Assembly (NCBI GenBank): GCA_034439575.1 | Contig: JAWXAQ010000035.1 | Span: forward strand, 1 to 64,000 | Reading direction: 5' to 3' | From: Leptospira sp. | GTDB lineage: Bacteria; Spirochaetota; Leptospiria; Leptospirales; Leptospiraceae | Length of the DNA stretch: 64,000 nt | Shown here: piece after piece, positions 37,817 through 50,178 of the stretch | Numbering within the stretch: the stretch's first letter is position 1 | How the letters are laid out: each line of letters starts with the position of its first letter | Notes under the pieces: model-generated | Told to the model about the DNA's origin: nothing | Database searches by the model: none | Seen by the model: only the letters and a program-made list of their open reading frames with translations | Position numbers and translations under genes: made by a program

Positions 37817-39802
37817 ATGCAAGAAGAAAGTTCAAATAGACAAGGTAGATTATTTTTAGCTTTATTTATAAGTTTAGCAATTTGGATGGGAATCAATTAT
37901 TTATTCCCACCAGCAAAACCTCCGGTAACAAAGACAACTAACACAACAGCAGTCGATCCCACAAAAGATCCTAAAAAAACAGTCGTTGAAAAAGTCACTG
38001 CCACATCTGCCGCAGAAAAAAGTATCTTAGAAGAAGTAAAAAATCTTCCTGTTGTTAAAAAAGAAGATATCAAAACTTTTTCTGTAAAAACTGATTCCTT
38101 TTTGGTAAAATTTTCTAGCTTAGGTGGAAGGATTACTGAATATTATATTCGTAACCATAAAGAACCAGATGGCAGTGAATTTGTTATCGCTAAAGACCAA
38201 AAGTTTAAAATTGATTTTGATGGCAAAGAAGAATATGCAGTCGAATTATCACGATTCGAAGGTTTTGATTTTAATTTAATTGATAGCAAAGAATCAATTC
38301 CCTTTTCACCTTACAATAGTATTAATTTTGCTTCTTCGTATGACGAGGCGACACGAACCATTACGTTCCAAGCACCATCAGTAGATGGTAAGTATCTTGT
38401 TCAAAAAGAATTCAGATTTTTTCCTTCAGAAAATTATTTTAAATTTAAACTCGTATTGAAAAATTTAAGCAAAGATACGATCACATTAGCATCTGCTAAT
38501 TCTGAATTATATCTGCGATCTTTCGGATCTCTTGGTCCTATTTTAAAAAATCGCGAAGATTTTAATGACCGAGACATTGCACATTACTTTCGTTATTATT
38601 ATTTAGATGGATCTTTTAAAGATCATATCGATGGAAATTCTGCCCAAGGATTCTTTGATAATATAGGATCTTGGTTTGGCGGTTCATCGGCAGGAAAAGA
38701 TGAGCGTTTTGAAATCAAAAAAGGCATAAATGAAAAATTAGATTTCGTTGGAACAGGTAGTCGTTATTTTATCGGAGTACTTGATCCGTTAAACGATAGC
38801 CCGAGTGGAGTTATCTTAGACAATCGCAAAGGAAACGAAACAGGAGTTTTGATTTCTTATGACAATTGGAAACTCGGACCTGGCGAAGAAGTTAAATTGG
38901 ATTATGCGGCTTATGTCGGGGTACGTGAACTCGATGGAACTGCTTTCCGTGATTCAAAACTCGATCCAAAAATCAATACTACCTCTACTTTTGCAGGACT
39001 CAGCGAATCATTAGACAAATCATTTAACCAAGGTATTACGACCCCTCTTCGAAACGGAATCGTTTGGATATTAAAACAAATTTACAAATTTATCCCAAAT
39101 TACGGATGGGCCATTGTTATATTTGCCATATTATTCAAATTAGCATTTTATCCGCTTAACAAAAAACAAGCGGAGTCGATGAAAAAAATGCAAGAGCTTT
39201 CACCACAAATCAAAGCTCTCAATGAAAAATACGCTGACGATCCAAAACTCAAACAAGAAAAAACAGTAGAGTTATACAAAAAGAATGGCACAAACCCCAT
39301 GTCAGGTTGTTTGCCAATGTTAGTTCAAATACCTATCTTTATCGCACTATACACTGCTTTTTCAGATACAGTTGACCTTTGGCATTCACCATTTCTTTGG
39401 ATCAAAGATTTATCAGAGCCAGATACAGTATTTATGACTCCCAAACTGGCATTAGTCGGAGTATTGGCTGTAAATATTTTACCACTCATCATGGTGGGAA
39501 CACAAATCATTCAATCGCGGATGACAACAGTCTCCACAGATCCAAACCAAAAAATGATGATGTATATGATGCCTTTTATCATGTTATATTTTTTCTGGTC
39601 CATGCCAGCTGGTGTGACTATGTATTGGACGATGCAAAATATTCTATCCATTGCTCAACAAGCTTATACGAATAAGTTTGGCAAGACAAATGAAAAGAAT
39701 TTAGCAGCAAACAATGCAAATGCGAATAATGGTAAGGGTACAGCTCCTTCCACAAACAACCAACGTGGTTTTCGCAATAGTAACAAGAAGAAAAAGAAAT
39801 AA
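37817..39802 (+). CDS. yidC: Membrane protein insertase
   Basis: [43 protein letters not shown]. Confidence 0.95.
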   Translation: MQEESSNRQGRLFLALFISLAIWMGINYLFPPAKPPVTKTTNTTAVDPTKDPKKTVVEKVTATSAAEKSILEEVKNLPVVKKEDIKTFSVKTDSFLVKFSSLGGRITEYYIRNHKEPDGSEFVIAKDQKFKIDFDGKEEYAVELSRFEGFDFNLIDSKESIPFSPYNSINFASSYDEATRTITFQAPSVDGKYLVQKEFRFFPSENYFKFKLVLKNLSKDTITLASANSELYLRSFGSLGPILKNREDFNDRDIAHYFRYYYLDGSFKDHIDGNSAQGFFDNIGSWFGGSSAGKDERFEIKKGINEKLDFVGTGSRYFIGVLDPLNDSPSGVILDNRKGNETGVLISYDNWKLGPGEEVKLDYAAYVGVRELDGTAFRDSKLDPKINTTSTFAGLSESLDKSFNQGITTPLRNGIVWILKQIYKFIPNYGWAIVIFAILFKLAFYPLNKKQAESMKKMQELSPQIKALNEKYADDPKLKQEKTVELYKKNGTNPMSGCLPMLVQIPIFIALYTAFSDTVDLWHSPFLWIKDLSEPDTVFMTPKLALVGVLAVNILPLIMVGTQIIQSRMTTVSTDPNQKMMMYMMPFIMLYFFWSMPAGVTMYWTMQNILSIAQQAYTNKFGKTNEKNLAANNANANNGKGTAPSTNNQRGFRNSNKKKKK

Positions 39803-39826
39803 TTTTTAGCGTATAAGGAAGATTAG

Positions 39827-40549
39827 ATGGATAATTATATATTTGAAGCAGAAGGAAAAAGTAAATCAGAAGCGGAAGATTATACACTCGAGACACTTAG
39901 GTTAGAGCCAGGTGATTTAAAATTCGAAGTTGTTGATTCTGGTAAATCCGGTTTTTTAGGCATCACACAAAAAAAACCTGCCGTAGTACGGGCGTTCGTT
40001 GCCAATAAAGACATTCCTTCTGAAAAAATCATTCATGGTGTAATCCTCACTATCCTTCGCAAAATGGGCATTCCTGCCGAAGTGGTTGGGATGGGCGATG
40101 TGGATGGAAAGATTTATGTAGAGCTCAATAGCAAAGAATCTGGACTTATCATAGGCAAACGTGGAGCTACTCTCGATTCACTTCAGTTTTTAGTAAATTT
40201 GATGGTTGATCCTCGCATTCGTCACAATCGAAAAATTGTTTTAGATATCGAATCTTACCGCGATAAACGCGAGTTATCGCTGATCAGACTTGCAAAATCG
40301 ATTGCCGCATCGGTCATTAAAACTGGTAGATCAAAACTTCTAGATCCAATGAATCCTTTCGAAAGAAGAATCGTTCATATGGCGATCCAAGAAGACGACA
40401 GAGTTTTTACACGCTCAGAAGGCAATGGCACTTTCAAACGTGTCCGCGTCATTTCAGCGAAAGACAAACACAAATACAAAGACATAGAAGATCCGACGAG
40501 AAAAGGCCTTCCTGTAGAAGACTTTGCCGACGAAAGTGAACTTGATTGA
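39827..40549 (+). CDS. jag: Jag/KhpB (EloR) KH-R3H RNA-binding protein
   Basis: [29 protein letters not shown]. Confidence 0.93.
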   Translation: MDNYIFEAEGKSKSEAEDYTLETLRLEPGDLKFEVVDSGKSGFLGITQKKPAVVRAFVANKDIPSEKIIHGVILTILRKMGIPAEVVGMGDVDGKIYVELNSKESGLIIGKRGATLDSLQFLVNLMVDPRIRHNRKIVLDIESYRDKRELSLIRLAKSIAASVIKTGRSKLLDPMNPFERRIVHMAIQEDDRVFTRSEGNGTFKRVRVISAKDKHKYKDIEDPTRKGLPVEDFADESELD

Positions 40550-41927
40550 TACGATAGCCGCACTTTCTACACCGCATGGACCCGGAGCGATTGGCATCCT
40601 TCGGGTTTCAGGTAAAAACACTCTAAAAATTGCCACAAGTCTCCTTTTCAAAAACAAATCTCTCTTAACTGACTCCTATATAAGAAATAACTCTCGTTCT
40701 GCGATATTTTGTGATCTTTTTTACAAAGACCAAGCTATTGATCAAATTTTATTTTTATTCTTCGAAGGTCCGAACTCCTATACAGGAGAAGACATGGCTG
40801 AATTCCATTTGCATGGAAACCCAATCTTATTAAAAAAGGCCCTCCAAATCATTTTTGAAGTGGGGGCAAGACCCGCGATCCACGGAGAGTTTACAAAACG
40901 TGCCTATCTGAATGGCAAAGCGACATTGAGCCAAGCAGAAGCGATTGGCAGACTCATAGAATCTAGATCTCGTTATGAGTTGGAATTGGCTCAAAAAAAT
41001 GTTTTTGGTGAAATCACAAAACTAACATCAAAAATACGAAGCGATCTTATTTCATTAAAAGCAGAATGCGAAGCCGAAATCGATTTTTCAACAGAAGACT
41101 TAACATTTGAAAGCAAAGAAGAACGCAAACTACGAATGGTAAAACTAAAGAATTTATGTGAAACTTTATTATCAAATTCAGAACGGGCAGAGAAGTTAAT
41201 TTTACAATCAACTGTCGTATTATATGGTGCACCTAATACTGGTAAATCGAGTTTGATGAATTTACTAATTGGAAGAGACCGTTCTATCATTAGTGATATT
41301 CCTGGAACTACGAGAGATTATATTGCAGAAGAAATATCACTCGATGGTATTCCTATTCGTTTAGTTGATACAGCAGGTGTTCGTGATACCGAAGATCAGA
41401 TTGAAAAATTGGGCATTCAACAAAGTGAACGCGAGGCGGACAATGCAAATTTAAGATTGATCCTTCTTGATGTTTCAAAACCCATTCAAAAATCAGAATT
41501 TTTGCAACAATATAAATCTCGTCTGACTGGTTCGATACTCGTTGCCAATAAAATCGACATTGCCCACCAAACCTGGGATGAGAAGGAATGGACTTCTGAT
41601 GATTCTAAGTTTCAATTTGAATTTGTCAAAGTCTCATGTAAATCTCGAGAGGGCATCGATGAATTGTTAAAGTTTATCAAAGCCAAACTCAGTGATACGG
41701 AATCCACAGAAGATATTATACTTTTGGAGGAACGACAAGCTTATCATATAAGTTCAATACATAAAAATCTTATAGCCGCCATCCAATTAATGGAAGACCA
41801 AACTCCACCTGAAATATATATCCAAGAAATTAATTTTGCACTGCATGAAATTGGACAAGTGAATGGCCAAATTGAGAATGAAGAAATTCTCGGTAGAATT
41901 TTTAGTAAATTTTGTGTAGGTAAATAA
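40524..41927 (+). CDS. mnmE: tRNA modification GTPase MnmE (TrmE)
   Basis: [40 protein letters not shown]. Confidence 0.96.
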   Translation: MPTKVNLIDTIAALSTPHGPGAIGILRVSGKNTLKIATSLLFKNKSLLTDSYIRNNSRSAIFCDLFYKDQAIDQILFLFFEGPNSYTGEDMAEFHLHGNPILLKKALQIIFEVGARPAIHGEFTKRAYLNGKATLSQAEAIGRLIESRSRYELELAQKNVFGEITKLTSKIRSDLISLKAECEAEIDFSTEDLTFESKEERKLRMVKLKNLCETLLSNSERAEKLILQSTVVLYGAPNTGKSSLMNLLIGRDRSIISDIPGTTRDYIAEEISLDGIPIRLVDTAGVRDTEDQIEKLGIQQSEREADNANLRLILLDVSKPIQKSEFLQQYKSRLTGSILVANKIDIAHQTWDEKEWTSDDSKFQFEFVKVSCKSREGIDELLKFIKAKLSDTESTEDIILLEERQAYHISSIHKNLIAAIQLMEDQTPPEIYIQEINFALHEIGQVNGQIENEEILGRIFSKFCVGK

Positions 41928-42010
41928 TCCTTATCTTCTATTAATTTTTCTATTGATGAAACTGGTGCTTGGTTTCAAATTGTGTCCACAATCAAATAGA
42001 GGTCTGACGA

Positions 42011-42259
42011 ATGAAAAAATTATTAGCAATTCTCGCTATTTTCTCTTTTACTACTTTCGGTGTTTTCGCACAAACGATGGACACACCTGAAGAAGAGCCA
42101 ACAATGCAAAACGAAGAGAAAGAAACTGTAAAGCCTGAGAAAGAAAACAAAGGCAAAAAAGAAGAGAAGGCAAACAAAAAATCTAAGAAAGCAAAAAAGG
42201 CTAAAAAAGCCAAAAAAGCTAAGAAAAACAAAAAGAAAGAAGAATCTGCTGCAGAGTAA
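42011..42259 (+). CDS. Small secreted Lys-rich low-complexity protein
   Basis: GAGG RBS, signal peptide, (KKA)n repeats, own terminator. Confidence 0.75.
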   Translation: MKKLLAILAIFSFTTFGVFAQTMDTPEEEPTMQNEEKETVKPEKENKGKKEEKANKKSKKAKKAKKAKKAKKNKKKEESAAE

Positions 42260-42277
42260 TCCCTTCTAATTTATCAT

Positions 42278-42307
42278 AAACCCTGGTCATTACAGCCAGG
42301 GTTTTTT
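42278..42307 (+). terminator. Intrinsic terminator
   Basis: AAACCCTGG-loop-CCAGGGTTTTTT. Confidence 0.85.
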
Positions 42308-42346
42308 ATATCCTCACTCAGCTTTGACATAACAAACCTTAATCAT

Positions 42347-43264
42347 TCACAAAAAATCTAATAACTTCGCCTGTGCAATTTCAGCAGGTAACAAAGGTTT
42401 CTCTGCTTTTAAATAAGTAAGGTACCTTAAAAATTCTGGATTTTCCTTATTTAAATCCATGACTTTAAGCCTTTTGTACAATTCTTTTTTCCAAAGTTTC
42501 ATAGAATGCGAATATTTTTCTCTATCTATTAACCTAGTGATACTTTCGTTATTTTCACCGTACACTAGTAAATCGGCTCCTGCATCTAATAGAATCTGCA
42601 TTGATTCCACAGAATCCCCACTAGCAGCTAGAAATAATGCTGTGTTTCCATATTGATCTTTTTCCTCTAAGGAAAGTCCTATCCCAATAAGGAATTCCAC
42701 ATCTTCACTTAAATTCTGTTCTGCGGCAATATGCAGAACATTTTTACCAGTTTTATCTTTTTGATTTATTAATTTTGGAAATGTATCCAAAGCCTGCGTG
42801 ACAAAACTAAGATTCCCGGTGGCAACAGCTTCTAATAAAAGAGTGCGACCTTCCTCATTTCGCAATTCCCAATCGTTTTCATTGATTAAATCAGAAATTT
42901 CAAACCATAAGTCTTCATCACCAAATTCGATTACTTTATGAAAAAAAGTATTTCCATCCTTATCCCGAGAACGTAAGTTTGGTGAAGATTTCCAAAGATC
43001 CTTTTTTTCTAAAAATAATTGCAGAAACTTTGTTTTATTCTGTGAAAGAAGATCAAATACGAGGGCACCACCATTTCGATAGGGAAAAAATGGATCTGCT
43101 CCATTTTCAATTGCAAAGGAAAATAATTCATATTCATCTAACTTGACAACCCATGAAAGAGGTGTTGTTCCATATGTGTCGAATTCGTTTGGATCATTAC
43201 CCTCTTCTAGATGCTTAGCCCAATCTTCTTTACTTCCTGATTTTGCAATGTCTACAAAGTTCAA
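42347..43264 (-). CDS. Ankyrin repeat protein
   Basis: GTTPL, GNTFFH, GRTLL, GKNVLHIAA, GNTALFLAA. Confidence 0.9.
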   Translation of the reverse strand: MNFVDIAKSGSKEDWAKHLEEGNDPNEFDTYGTTPLSWVVKLDEYELFSFAIENGADPFFPYRNGGALVFDLLSQNKTKFLQLFLEKKDLWKSSPNLRSRDKDGNTFFHKVIEFGDEDLWFEISDLINENDWELRNEEGRTLLLEAVATGNLSFVTQALDTFPKLINQKDKTGKNVLHIAAEQNLSEDVEFLIGIGLSLEEKDQYGNTALFLAASGDSVESMQILLDAGADLLVYGENNESITRLIDREKYSHSMKLWKKELYKRLKVMDLNKENPEFLRYLTYLKAEKPLLPAEIAQAKLLDFL

Positions 43265-43273
43265 TCTAAAATC

Positions 43274-45043
43274 CTATTTTTTAATGAGTTTATTTTTTTT
43301 AGCAATGGGAGACTTCTTAGAAACTATATTTTTTTTCGGATTGAAAAGTAATATTTGATCAAATCCCTTTTTCTTTTCAAAAGTAAAAAATGAAATTTGT
43401 TTTTCTTTTTCCTTTGGAGCAATCATACTCATGGCTCTCTCTGACAAAGCAGTGATCGTAAGACTCGGATTCACACCTAAATTCACAGTTAACATAGATG
43501 CATCACAGACATATAAATTTTGATAACCAAAAACACGATTTTGAAAATCAATCACACCTTGGTCTTCATTCTCACCGACAATACAACCTCCCATAATATG
43601 GCCAGTGACTGGGGCACTTAACAGTGTTTCGTTGAGAGAACTTCTCGGAATCCCGCCAACAATTTCCGCTAACTTTCGTGTGAACGCATTGGCAATAGGA
43701 ATATAAGTTGGTGTAGGTTCACCTGTTGATAAAGCGGATGTGATAGTTCTCTGAAATGGCCAAACAAATCTTCGTCGCCGAACAAGTCTGACACTATTGT
43801 CTACCGTTTGCATCACTAGAAGAATGATAGAATTTTTCGCAAATCCAAAAGGATAATGAGCTTTTAAAAAATAGAGAGGATGACGAATCATAGTCCAAAA
43901 AAATTTAAGTGGTCTAGGGAAAAATCCACCTCCATCGACCATGACACTAGCAAGTAGTCCAAAAAAATCTGAGCCACTTGAATACCTAACAGGTTCTATG
44001 TGAGTATTTTCATCAGGATGAACAGACGAGGTGATGGCAATCCCTTTTGAATAATCTACATCTTTACCGCTCACTGTGACTGGGAGTACGGTTTCACTAT
44101 TGGTTCTGACCGTATCACCGAGTTTAGGTGAAAGTCGGATCAATTTTTCTTCTTGTTGCATGCGAAGTAAAAGACCAACTGTTCCCATAACACCCGCACT
44201 AAGGACCACATTTTTTGTTTTGAATTTCTTTTTTGGAAACCCAAACCAACCAGTCGTACTTTCAGTTTCTAATTCGTAACCAAATTCACCGCTTGCTTCA
44301 GGATCGGCTTGCCCTTTTGCATTCAATGGAACTAAACTGATCACCTTTGTTTCGGGAAGAATTTGTGTCCCTTGCTTTTCTGCTAGGTAAAGGTAGTTTT
44401 TATCTAAGGTATTTTTTGCATTGTGTCGGCAACCAACCATACAACCACCACAAAAATTGCAGGGATCTCGATCTGGTCCATCACCTTCAAAATAGGGATC
44501 CTTGGTTTTTGATTTTTGTTTCTCGTTACCAAAATAAATTCCAACGGGAGTTTTTTGGAAAGTATCTTCTTTTCCAAATGATTTTGCTGTTTCTAAGAGA
44601 AGTCTATCAGGTTCCCATAATTTTGGGTTTTCATTGACACCAAGCATATGTTTAGCGACTGTATAAAATGGGAGTAAAGATTTCTCTCCGCCCATCTTTG
44701 CATACGTGGAACTTTGAAAAAACTTCGCCTTTGGAACATAAAGTGTGCATGCATAAACTAATGAACCACCCCCTACGCCCGAACCACTTACGAGTAAAAA
44801 ATCATTTAACAAATTAATTCTTTGTATTCCATAAAAACCTAACATTGGCATCCAAAGATATTTTCGGATCGACCAATTTGTTTTTGGAAAATCTGTCGCA
44901 GTCCAGCGTTTGCCTGATTCGATTACGAGAACAGAATACCCTTTTTGAGCCAAACGAAGAGCAGAAACACTTCCGCCAAATCCTGAGCCTATAACAATAT
45001 AATCAAAGTCATACGATATTGATTGAGGAATGGTTCCATTCAT
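43274..45043 (-). CDS. GMC oxidoreductase (cholesterol oxidase ChoD-like)
   Basis: [45 protein letters not shown]. Confidence 0.88.
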   Translation of the reverse strand: MNGTIPQSISYDFDYIVIGSGFGGSVSALRLAQKGYSVLVIESGKRWTATDFPKTNWSIRKYLWMPMLGFYGIQRINLLNDFLLVSGSGVGGGSLVYACTLYVPKAKFFQSSTYAKMGGEKSLLPFYTVAKHMLGVNENPKLWEPDRLLLETAKSFGKEDTFQKTPVGIYFGNEKQKSKTKDPYFEGDGPDRDPCNFCGGCMVGCRHNAKNTLDKNYLYLAEKQGTQILPETKVISLVPLNAKGQADPEASGEFGYELETESTTGWFGFPKKKFKTKNVVLSAGVMGTVGLLLRMQQEEKLIRLSPKLGDTVRTNSETVLPVTVSGKDVDYSKGIAITSSVHPDENTHIEPVRYSSGSDFFGLLASVMVDGGGFFPRPLKFFWTMIRHPLYFLKAHYPFGFAKNSIILLVMQTVDNSVRLVRRRRFVWPFQRTITSALSTGEPTPTYIPIANAFTRKLAEIVGGIPRSSLNETLLSAPVTGHIMGGCIVGENEDQGVIDFQNRVFGYQNLYVCDASMLTVNLGVNPSLTITALSERAMSMIAPKEKEKQISFFTFEKKKGFDQILLFNPKKNIVSKKSPIAKKNKLIKK

Positions 45044-45174
45044 GGTTCTTTTTTCCTAATAAGAAATTGAAGATATTTGATAAGACATTCCCGATTCTTC
45101 GTTTACTTCTGCATCTAATCAACACATTTTGTTTTTCATAGCCGAAATTCACTTGGCATTTTTAATAAAAATTT

Positions 45175-46209
45175 ATGACTGAAATTAAAGCTCCACTTCC
45201 CTTATTAAAATCTGATGGCACTCTAAGTCTGGAGGGTTGGGCAAGATCTCCACATTGGAACTATAACCCTGAAAAAATCAAAGCTGGCAATTGGCGTATA
45301 AAAGAGTGGGACTATTATTCCGTTATTTCTCCAAATCAAAAATTTGGAATCACATTCACCACATCTGACTTAGGTTATATTGGATTATTTGCCATTTGTT
45401 TTCTGGATTTCGAAAGAAAAGAATTCATCCAATCAGAAACTATGACATTTTTACCTTTAGGTTCGACAAATTTTCCACGAACAAGCGCTAATGGAAAAAT
45501 TAATTTTGGTGATAACAAAATCAAAGTCGAGATAACAGTTGCTAATGGAGAGAGAAGGATTCGATTTTCTTCACCGTCGATGAAACATTTCGATGGCAAA
45601 ACAGGAATGAATGGAGAAATCATTTTAATTGAACCAAAAGGTCTAGAATCTATGAATATAGCTACTTCTTGGGCTGAAGAACGAAAGGCTTTCTATTATA
45701 ATACAAAAATCAATTGTATGCCCGCAAAAGGTGCTTTTCAATTTGGAGATACAAATTACAAATTCGATCCTAATACAGACTTCGGTGCATTGGACTGGGG
45801 AAGAGGCGTATGGACTTATAAAAATCGCTGGTATTGGAGTTCCGCATCAGGCTTACTCGGTGATAAAAGTTTTGGATTCAATCTCGGTTATGGTTTCTCT
45901 GATCGAACCCCTGCTTCAGAAAATGTCATTATTTATGATAATAAAATTCATAAACTAGATCTTGTAGAATTCAAAATAAATACTAATGACTATTTGGCGC
46001 CATGGAAATTTACAAGCAATGATAATCGTCTTAATTTAGAATTTAAACCAATATTGGATCGAAATTCTGCATTGGATTTATTCTTTATAAAGTCCATTCA
46101 ACACCAAGTCTTTGGTACTTTTTCTGGAACAGTAGTATTGGATAATGGCAAAACCTTAGAATTGAAGGAATTTTTAGGTTTCGCCGAAGACGTATTAAAC
46201 TGGTGGTGA
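45175..46209 (+). CDS. DUF2804 family protein
   Basis: RIKEWDYY, LDWGRGVW, GFNLGYGF, QHQVFGTFSG. Confidence 0.8.
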   Translation: MTEIKAPLPLLKSDGTLSLEGWARSPHWNYNPEKIKAGNWRIKEWDYYSVISPNQKFGITFTTSDLGYIGLFAICFLDFERKEFIQSETMTFLPLGSTNFPRTSANGKINFGDNKIKVEITVANGERRIRFSSPSMKHFDGKTGMNGEIILIEPKGLESMNIATSWAEERKAFYYNTKINCMPAKGAFQFGDTNYKFDPNTDFGALDWGRGVWTYKNRWYWSSASGLLGDKSFGFNLGYGFSDRTPASENVIIYDNKIHKLDLVEFKINTNDYLAPWKFTSNDNRLNLEFKPILDRNSALDLFFIKSIQHQVFGTFSGTVVLDNGKTLELKEFLGFAEDVLNWW

Positions 46210-46219
46210 GTTTAGAAAA

Positions 46220-49200
46220 TTATTTTCTTCCCCTAAGTTTGTAATAAGCACTAAAACTTGCAGGAATAAAAATCAATGATCCAAAAGTTCCAAAACCGAG
46301 CCCCCATGCAAGGGAAAGTGTCATAGGAATAAGTAAAGGATCGGATCCACCAATTGCATAAGCTGTAGGCACCATTCCCGCCATCGTTGTCATAGTCGTT
46401 ACCAAAATAGGACGAAACCTTTCACTCGAAGCCTCGATGAGTGAATCATACAAACCTACATTCTTTTTTTGAATTTCAAGAATCGTATCCACGAGCACGA
46501 TGGATGCGTTCACTATTACACCAGCTAGTCCAATAATACCAATCATGGCAAGAAAGCTCAGGGCTTTACCAGAAATCAAAAATCCAAATATAACACCAAC
46601 TAATCCTAAAGGAATGGATGATATTATAAGTATGGGCTTTGTTAGGCTGTTAAAAATAATAGCAAGGATAGCAAAAATTCCAAACATAGCCAAAAATCCA
46701 GCTTTGGCAAGGGATTCCATTGACTTAGCAGTTTCTTCTTGTTCACCGCGAAATTTGATTTTGTATCCAGGATATTTTTTTCCTAAATTTCCAAATTCTT
46801 CAATGATCTTATCATTTACGATATTTGAACTAGTGATCGTTTCATTCACATCTGCAAGAACAGTTATCGCCTTTTCATAATCATTGTGGTATAATGCTTC
46901 TATACCTTGGACAACATTTCTGGAAGTAACGGCTGTTATGGGTGTCAATAGTCCAAATTTATTTGTGATGCTGATCGCATCTAAGTCTTCGATACCATCT
47001 CGATACTTATCACTATTTTGTATGACAATTTTTATTTCGTCTTTTCCTTTTCTAAGATTTGATACTTCAACACCTTCCATGGCAGTCCTAACATAAGAAG
47101 CAGCGATTTCAGTATCAATACCGGTCATAGCAGATGCTTGGTCTTTAACACGTATTTGTATTTCATCACGACCACGTTTGTAATCATCATTTATATTGAT
47201 GACACCAGGCTGTTTTCTGAGAAAAATTTGCATCTCTTCAGAAATCTCTTTTAGTTTTTTATAATCTTTTCCTTCGATTGCCACAGTCACTGCGGCACCA
47301 ATCGGTGGACCATTCACGACCAAGTCCACCATAACGCTCGTTGCATCGGGTAACATTTTTAACTCGGATTCTAGTTCTCCAAAAATAATTTGAGCAGTTC
47401 TTTTTCTATCTGTCTCAGGAACCAAAATGATTTGTGCCATACCAAGTTGTTCGCCAATTCTTGTTAGTGGATCAGTTGGATCTGTTTGTTGGATTCCGAT
47501 TTTTAAAATGATACTTTGAACTTCTTCCTTTGGTATTCTTTTAAGAATATTTTCAAAATGACTCATTCTCTTAGCTGTTTCACCCGCGGTGAAATCAGGA
47601 GGAAATTCTGCTTTGATTAAAATATAATCGATCCCTTCTTTTGGAAAAAGATTAAAATTCATTACTCCCAAAAGTAAAATGGAACCTACAAAAATTCCCA
47701 TAATCGAACCAAGGGTGATAAACGGATTAGCTACTACTTTAGTAATAAATCTTGTAAACTTATCTCGAACTGATTGAAAACCATTTTCCAAAAAGGTTCT
47801 AATTTTTGAACGAATTGAATTTGGATTTTTCTTTTGGTTATTTCCAGCAAACTGCGAATAACGTACAGGCAAAAGAAAAAATGACTCAAACAATGATAAG
47901 GTGAGAGAAACAATCACCATAAATGGAATCTGCCAAATAAATTTACCCATGATTCCAGTCATAAATGCCATAGGTAAAAAGGCAGCAATTGTTGTTAAAT
48001 AAGAACCAATAATAGGAACAACAAGTTCGCTTGCACCATGAACTGCCGCATCTTTATCATTCCAGCCAAGTGCTCTATATTTATAAATATTTTCCGAGAT
48101 AATAATACTATTATCAACTAACATCCCCAAGGATATGATGATCCCAAGCATCGAAATTAAATTAAATGATACATCAAAAATAGGAAATGCGATCGTTGCG
48201 GCAAGCAGAGTCAGTGGCAGAGATAAACTTGTAAGAATCGAATCTCTGAGACTAAAAAATACTATCAATACGATAACTACTAAGATAAGACCTTGCATAG
48301 AGTTGTTAACAACAACTTCTAATCGTTTGGTGGCACGAAGACCTTCATTGTTTAACTCATTATATATTATATTTTCTGGAAGCTGCTTTTTTAATTCAGC
48401 CATCCTTGCCTGCACGGCATTAACTGTATCAATGATGTCTGCACTATCTTTTTTGATAATCTGTAAAACATAAGCATCTGTTCCACCTGAAATTGCCAAA
48501 ACTCGAGCTCTTTCGTAAGTGGGCTGAAACGTTGCAATTTGTGAAAGTAAGATCGCATTGCCAGTTTCATTGGATCGAATAGGAATATTTTTTAAATCTT
48601 CAATTTCACTTATCTCGCCCGTGACACGAATGTCTTCTGTACGGGGACGTAGAAATGAACCAGCAGGTACGCTTAGATTCCTTTTTGATATTGCATTATA
48701 AATATCATTAAATCCTAACGTATAACGAGATTTAAGTGCTGGATCTACTAAAATTCTCCATTCTTCTTTTCGTTTGCCAAATGCATCTACGCGAGATACA
48801 CCAGATACCTTTCTCACTTCATCTTCAATAAAACGACCTGTCTCTTGTAGTTCCTTTTCATTGAGTGCACCAGAGATTGCCACTTCAAAGACTGGAAAGT
48901 TGGAACTTTTTTGTTCGGTAACAATTGGTCTATCTTTCACTTGAGTCGGAAGACTAGTGACTCGATCTACTGACCTACGTATATCATTTACCACCTGATC
49001 CGGGTTATCGTGTTCAAGGTCAATTTTGATACTTATATCAGATTCCGAATTTCTTGAAATAGACCTAACAGAATCAAGACCTTCCACTTCTCTGAGCTTT
49101 TCTTCAATGGGGATGGTCACTTTTTTTTCCACATCTACTGGACTCGCACCTGGATATACAGTGAGGATACGCACCTGACGAAAGTTAACCCTAGGGAAGG

Positions 49201-49309
49201 CTTCACGTTTCATGGATAGGATCGAAATCAAACCAGCAAGAAACAAAAAAACAAAAATTAGGTTCGCGACTAGGGGTTTAAAAACAAAAAAATGTATAAT
49301 ATTTTTCAT
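46220..49309 (-). CDS. RND efflux transporter permease (AcrB-like)
   Basis: YPGASP, GMLVDNSIII-EN, RFRPILVTT; 1029 aa. Confidence 0.93.
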   Translation of the reverse strand: MKNIIHFFVFKPLVANLIFVFLFLAGLISILSMKREAFPRVNFRQVRILTVYPGASPVDVEKKVTIPIEEKLREVEGLDSVRSISRNSESDISIKIDLEHDNPDQVVNDIRRSVDRVTSLPTQVKDRPIVTEQKSSNFPVFEVAISGALNEKELQETGRFIEDEVRKVSGVSRVDAFGKRKEEWRILVDPALKSRYTLGFNDIYNAISKRNLSVPAGSFLRPRTEDIRVTGEISEIEDLKNIPIRSNETGNAILLSQIATFQPTYERARVLAISGGTDAYVLQIIKKDSADIIDTVNAVQARMAELKKQLPENIIYNELNNEGLRATKRLEVVVNNSMQGLILVVIVLIVFFSLRDSILTSLSLPLTLLAATIAFPIFDVSFNLISMLGIIISLGMLVDNSIIISENIYKYRALGWNDKDAAVHGASELVVPIIGSYLTTIAAFLPMAFMTGIMGKFIWQIPFMVIVSLTLSLFESFFLLPVRYSQFAGNNQKKNPNSIRSKIRTFLENGFQSVRDKFTRFITKVVANPFITLGSIMGIFVGSILLLGVMNFNLFPKEGIDYILIKAEFPPDFTAGETAKRMSHFENILKRIPKEEVQSIILKIGIQQTDPTDPLTRIGEQLGMAQIILVPETDRKRTAQIIFGELESELKMLPDATSVMVDLVVNGPPIGAAVTVAIEGKDYKKLKEISEEMQIFLRKQPGVININDDYKRGRDEIQIRVKDQASAMTGIDTEIAASYVRTAMEGVEVSNLRKGKDEIKIVIQNSDKYRDGIEDLDAISITNKFGLLTPITAVTSRNVVQGIEALYHNDYEKAITVLADVNETITSSNIVNDKIIEEFGNLGKKYPGYKIKFRGEQEETAKSMESLAKAGFLAMFGIFAILAIIFNSLTKPILIISSIPLGLVGVIFGFLISGKALSFLAMIGIIGLAGVIVNASIVLVDTILEIQKKNVGLYDSLIEASSERFRPILVTTMTTMAGMVPTAYAIGGSDPLLIPMTLSLAWGLGFGTFGSLIFIPASFSAYYKLRGRK

Positions 49310-49344
49310 AATGGAATGCGGCTCACTTTAGACGCGGTTCTTTA

Positions 49345-49358
49345 TGACCGAACGGTCA
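49345..49358. promoter_or_regulatory. Palindromic operator upstream of the RND gene (TetR-like)
   Basis: TGACCG-AA-CGGTCA about 35 bp before the start codon. Confidence 0.55.
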
Positions 49359-49497
49359 ATATTTTCTCTAAACTTTCAAATATAATAAAACCTACAACTC
49401 ATTTCGAAACAATTTAGAATCTATAAACTGCAACCATAGGTCTTTTCATGACAAAATGGAAAATTGAATTAAGAAAAGAATCGCCTTTGATTCTGTC

Positions 49498-50157
49498 TTA
49501 TTCCGATTCTTCCTTCAAAATGGTTTGCATCACTTCTTTAAAAACCTCGGGATTTTGAGCTCCACTCACGGCATATTTGTTTTGAAAGATATAATAGGGA
49601 ACCCCACTAATTCCATTTTGATGGTAATAGGAAATTTCCTTTTTTATTTCTTCTTTGGCGGAATCATGATTCCAAATCGTGAGAAACTCCTCCTTACTTT
49701 CAAAAAAATCTTTCGCAAGAAAATAAACATTCTCAAGAATTGTAAGGTCGATCCCCTTCTCAAAATGTGCCTCAAATAAAAGTTCTGCCAATTGGTCTTG
49801 CTGATTGTTATCTTTAAGCGAAGCAATTAAAACATGAAGTCTGAGTGTATTTACTGATTTCGCAATTTTTTCAAAATCAAAATTGATCCCAATTTCATTA
49901 CCAATTTGCACCAATCTTTGCCAAGCACCTTCCACAGCTTTCAGTGAGCCAAACTTTGCCGCCAGATGTTCTTTATAATTTTGACCTTCTTCAGGTACTT
50001 CTGGTGATAATTGGAAAGGCCGCCAATGGATTTCAGGTAAAATTTCTGATTCCATATCTTTCAGGGCAATTTCCAATTTTTTCTTTCCAACATAACACCA
50101 AGGACAGACAACATCAGAGACGATATCAATTTTCATGGGTTTTGTTTTTGGATTCAT
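49498..50157 (-). CDS. DsbA family (FrnE-like) oxidoreductase
   Basis: SDVVCPWCYVG, GISGVP, SGAQ. Confidence 0.9.
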   Translation of the reverse strand: MNPKTKPMKIDIVSDVVCPWCYVGKKKLEIALKDMESEILPEIHWRPFQLSPEVPEEGQNYKEHLAAKFGSLKAVEGAWQRLVQIGNEIGINFDFEKIAKSVNTLRLHVLIASLKDNNQQDQLAELLFEAHFEKGIDLTILENVYFLAKDFFESKEEFLTIWNHDSAKEEIKKEISYYHQNGISGVPYYIFQNKYAVSGAQNPEVFKEVMQTILKEESE

Positions 50158-50178
50158 TAAACAAAGCTTTTATAACAA

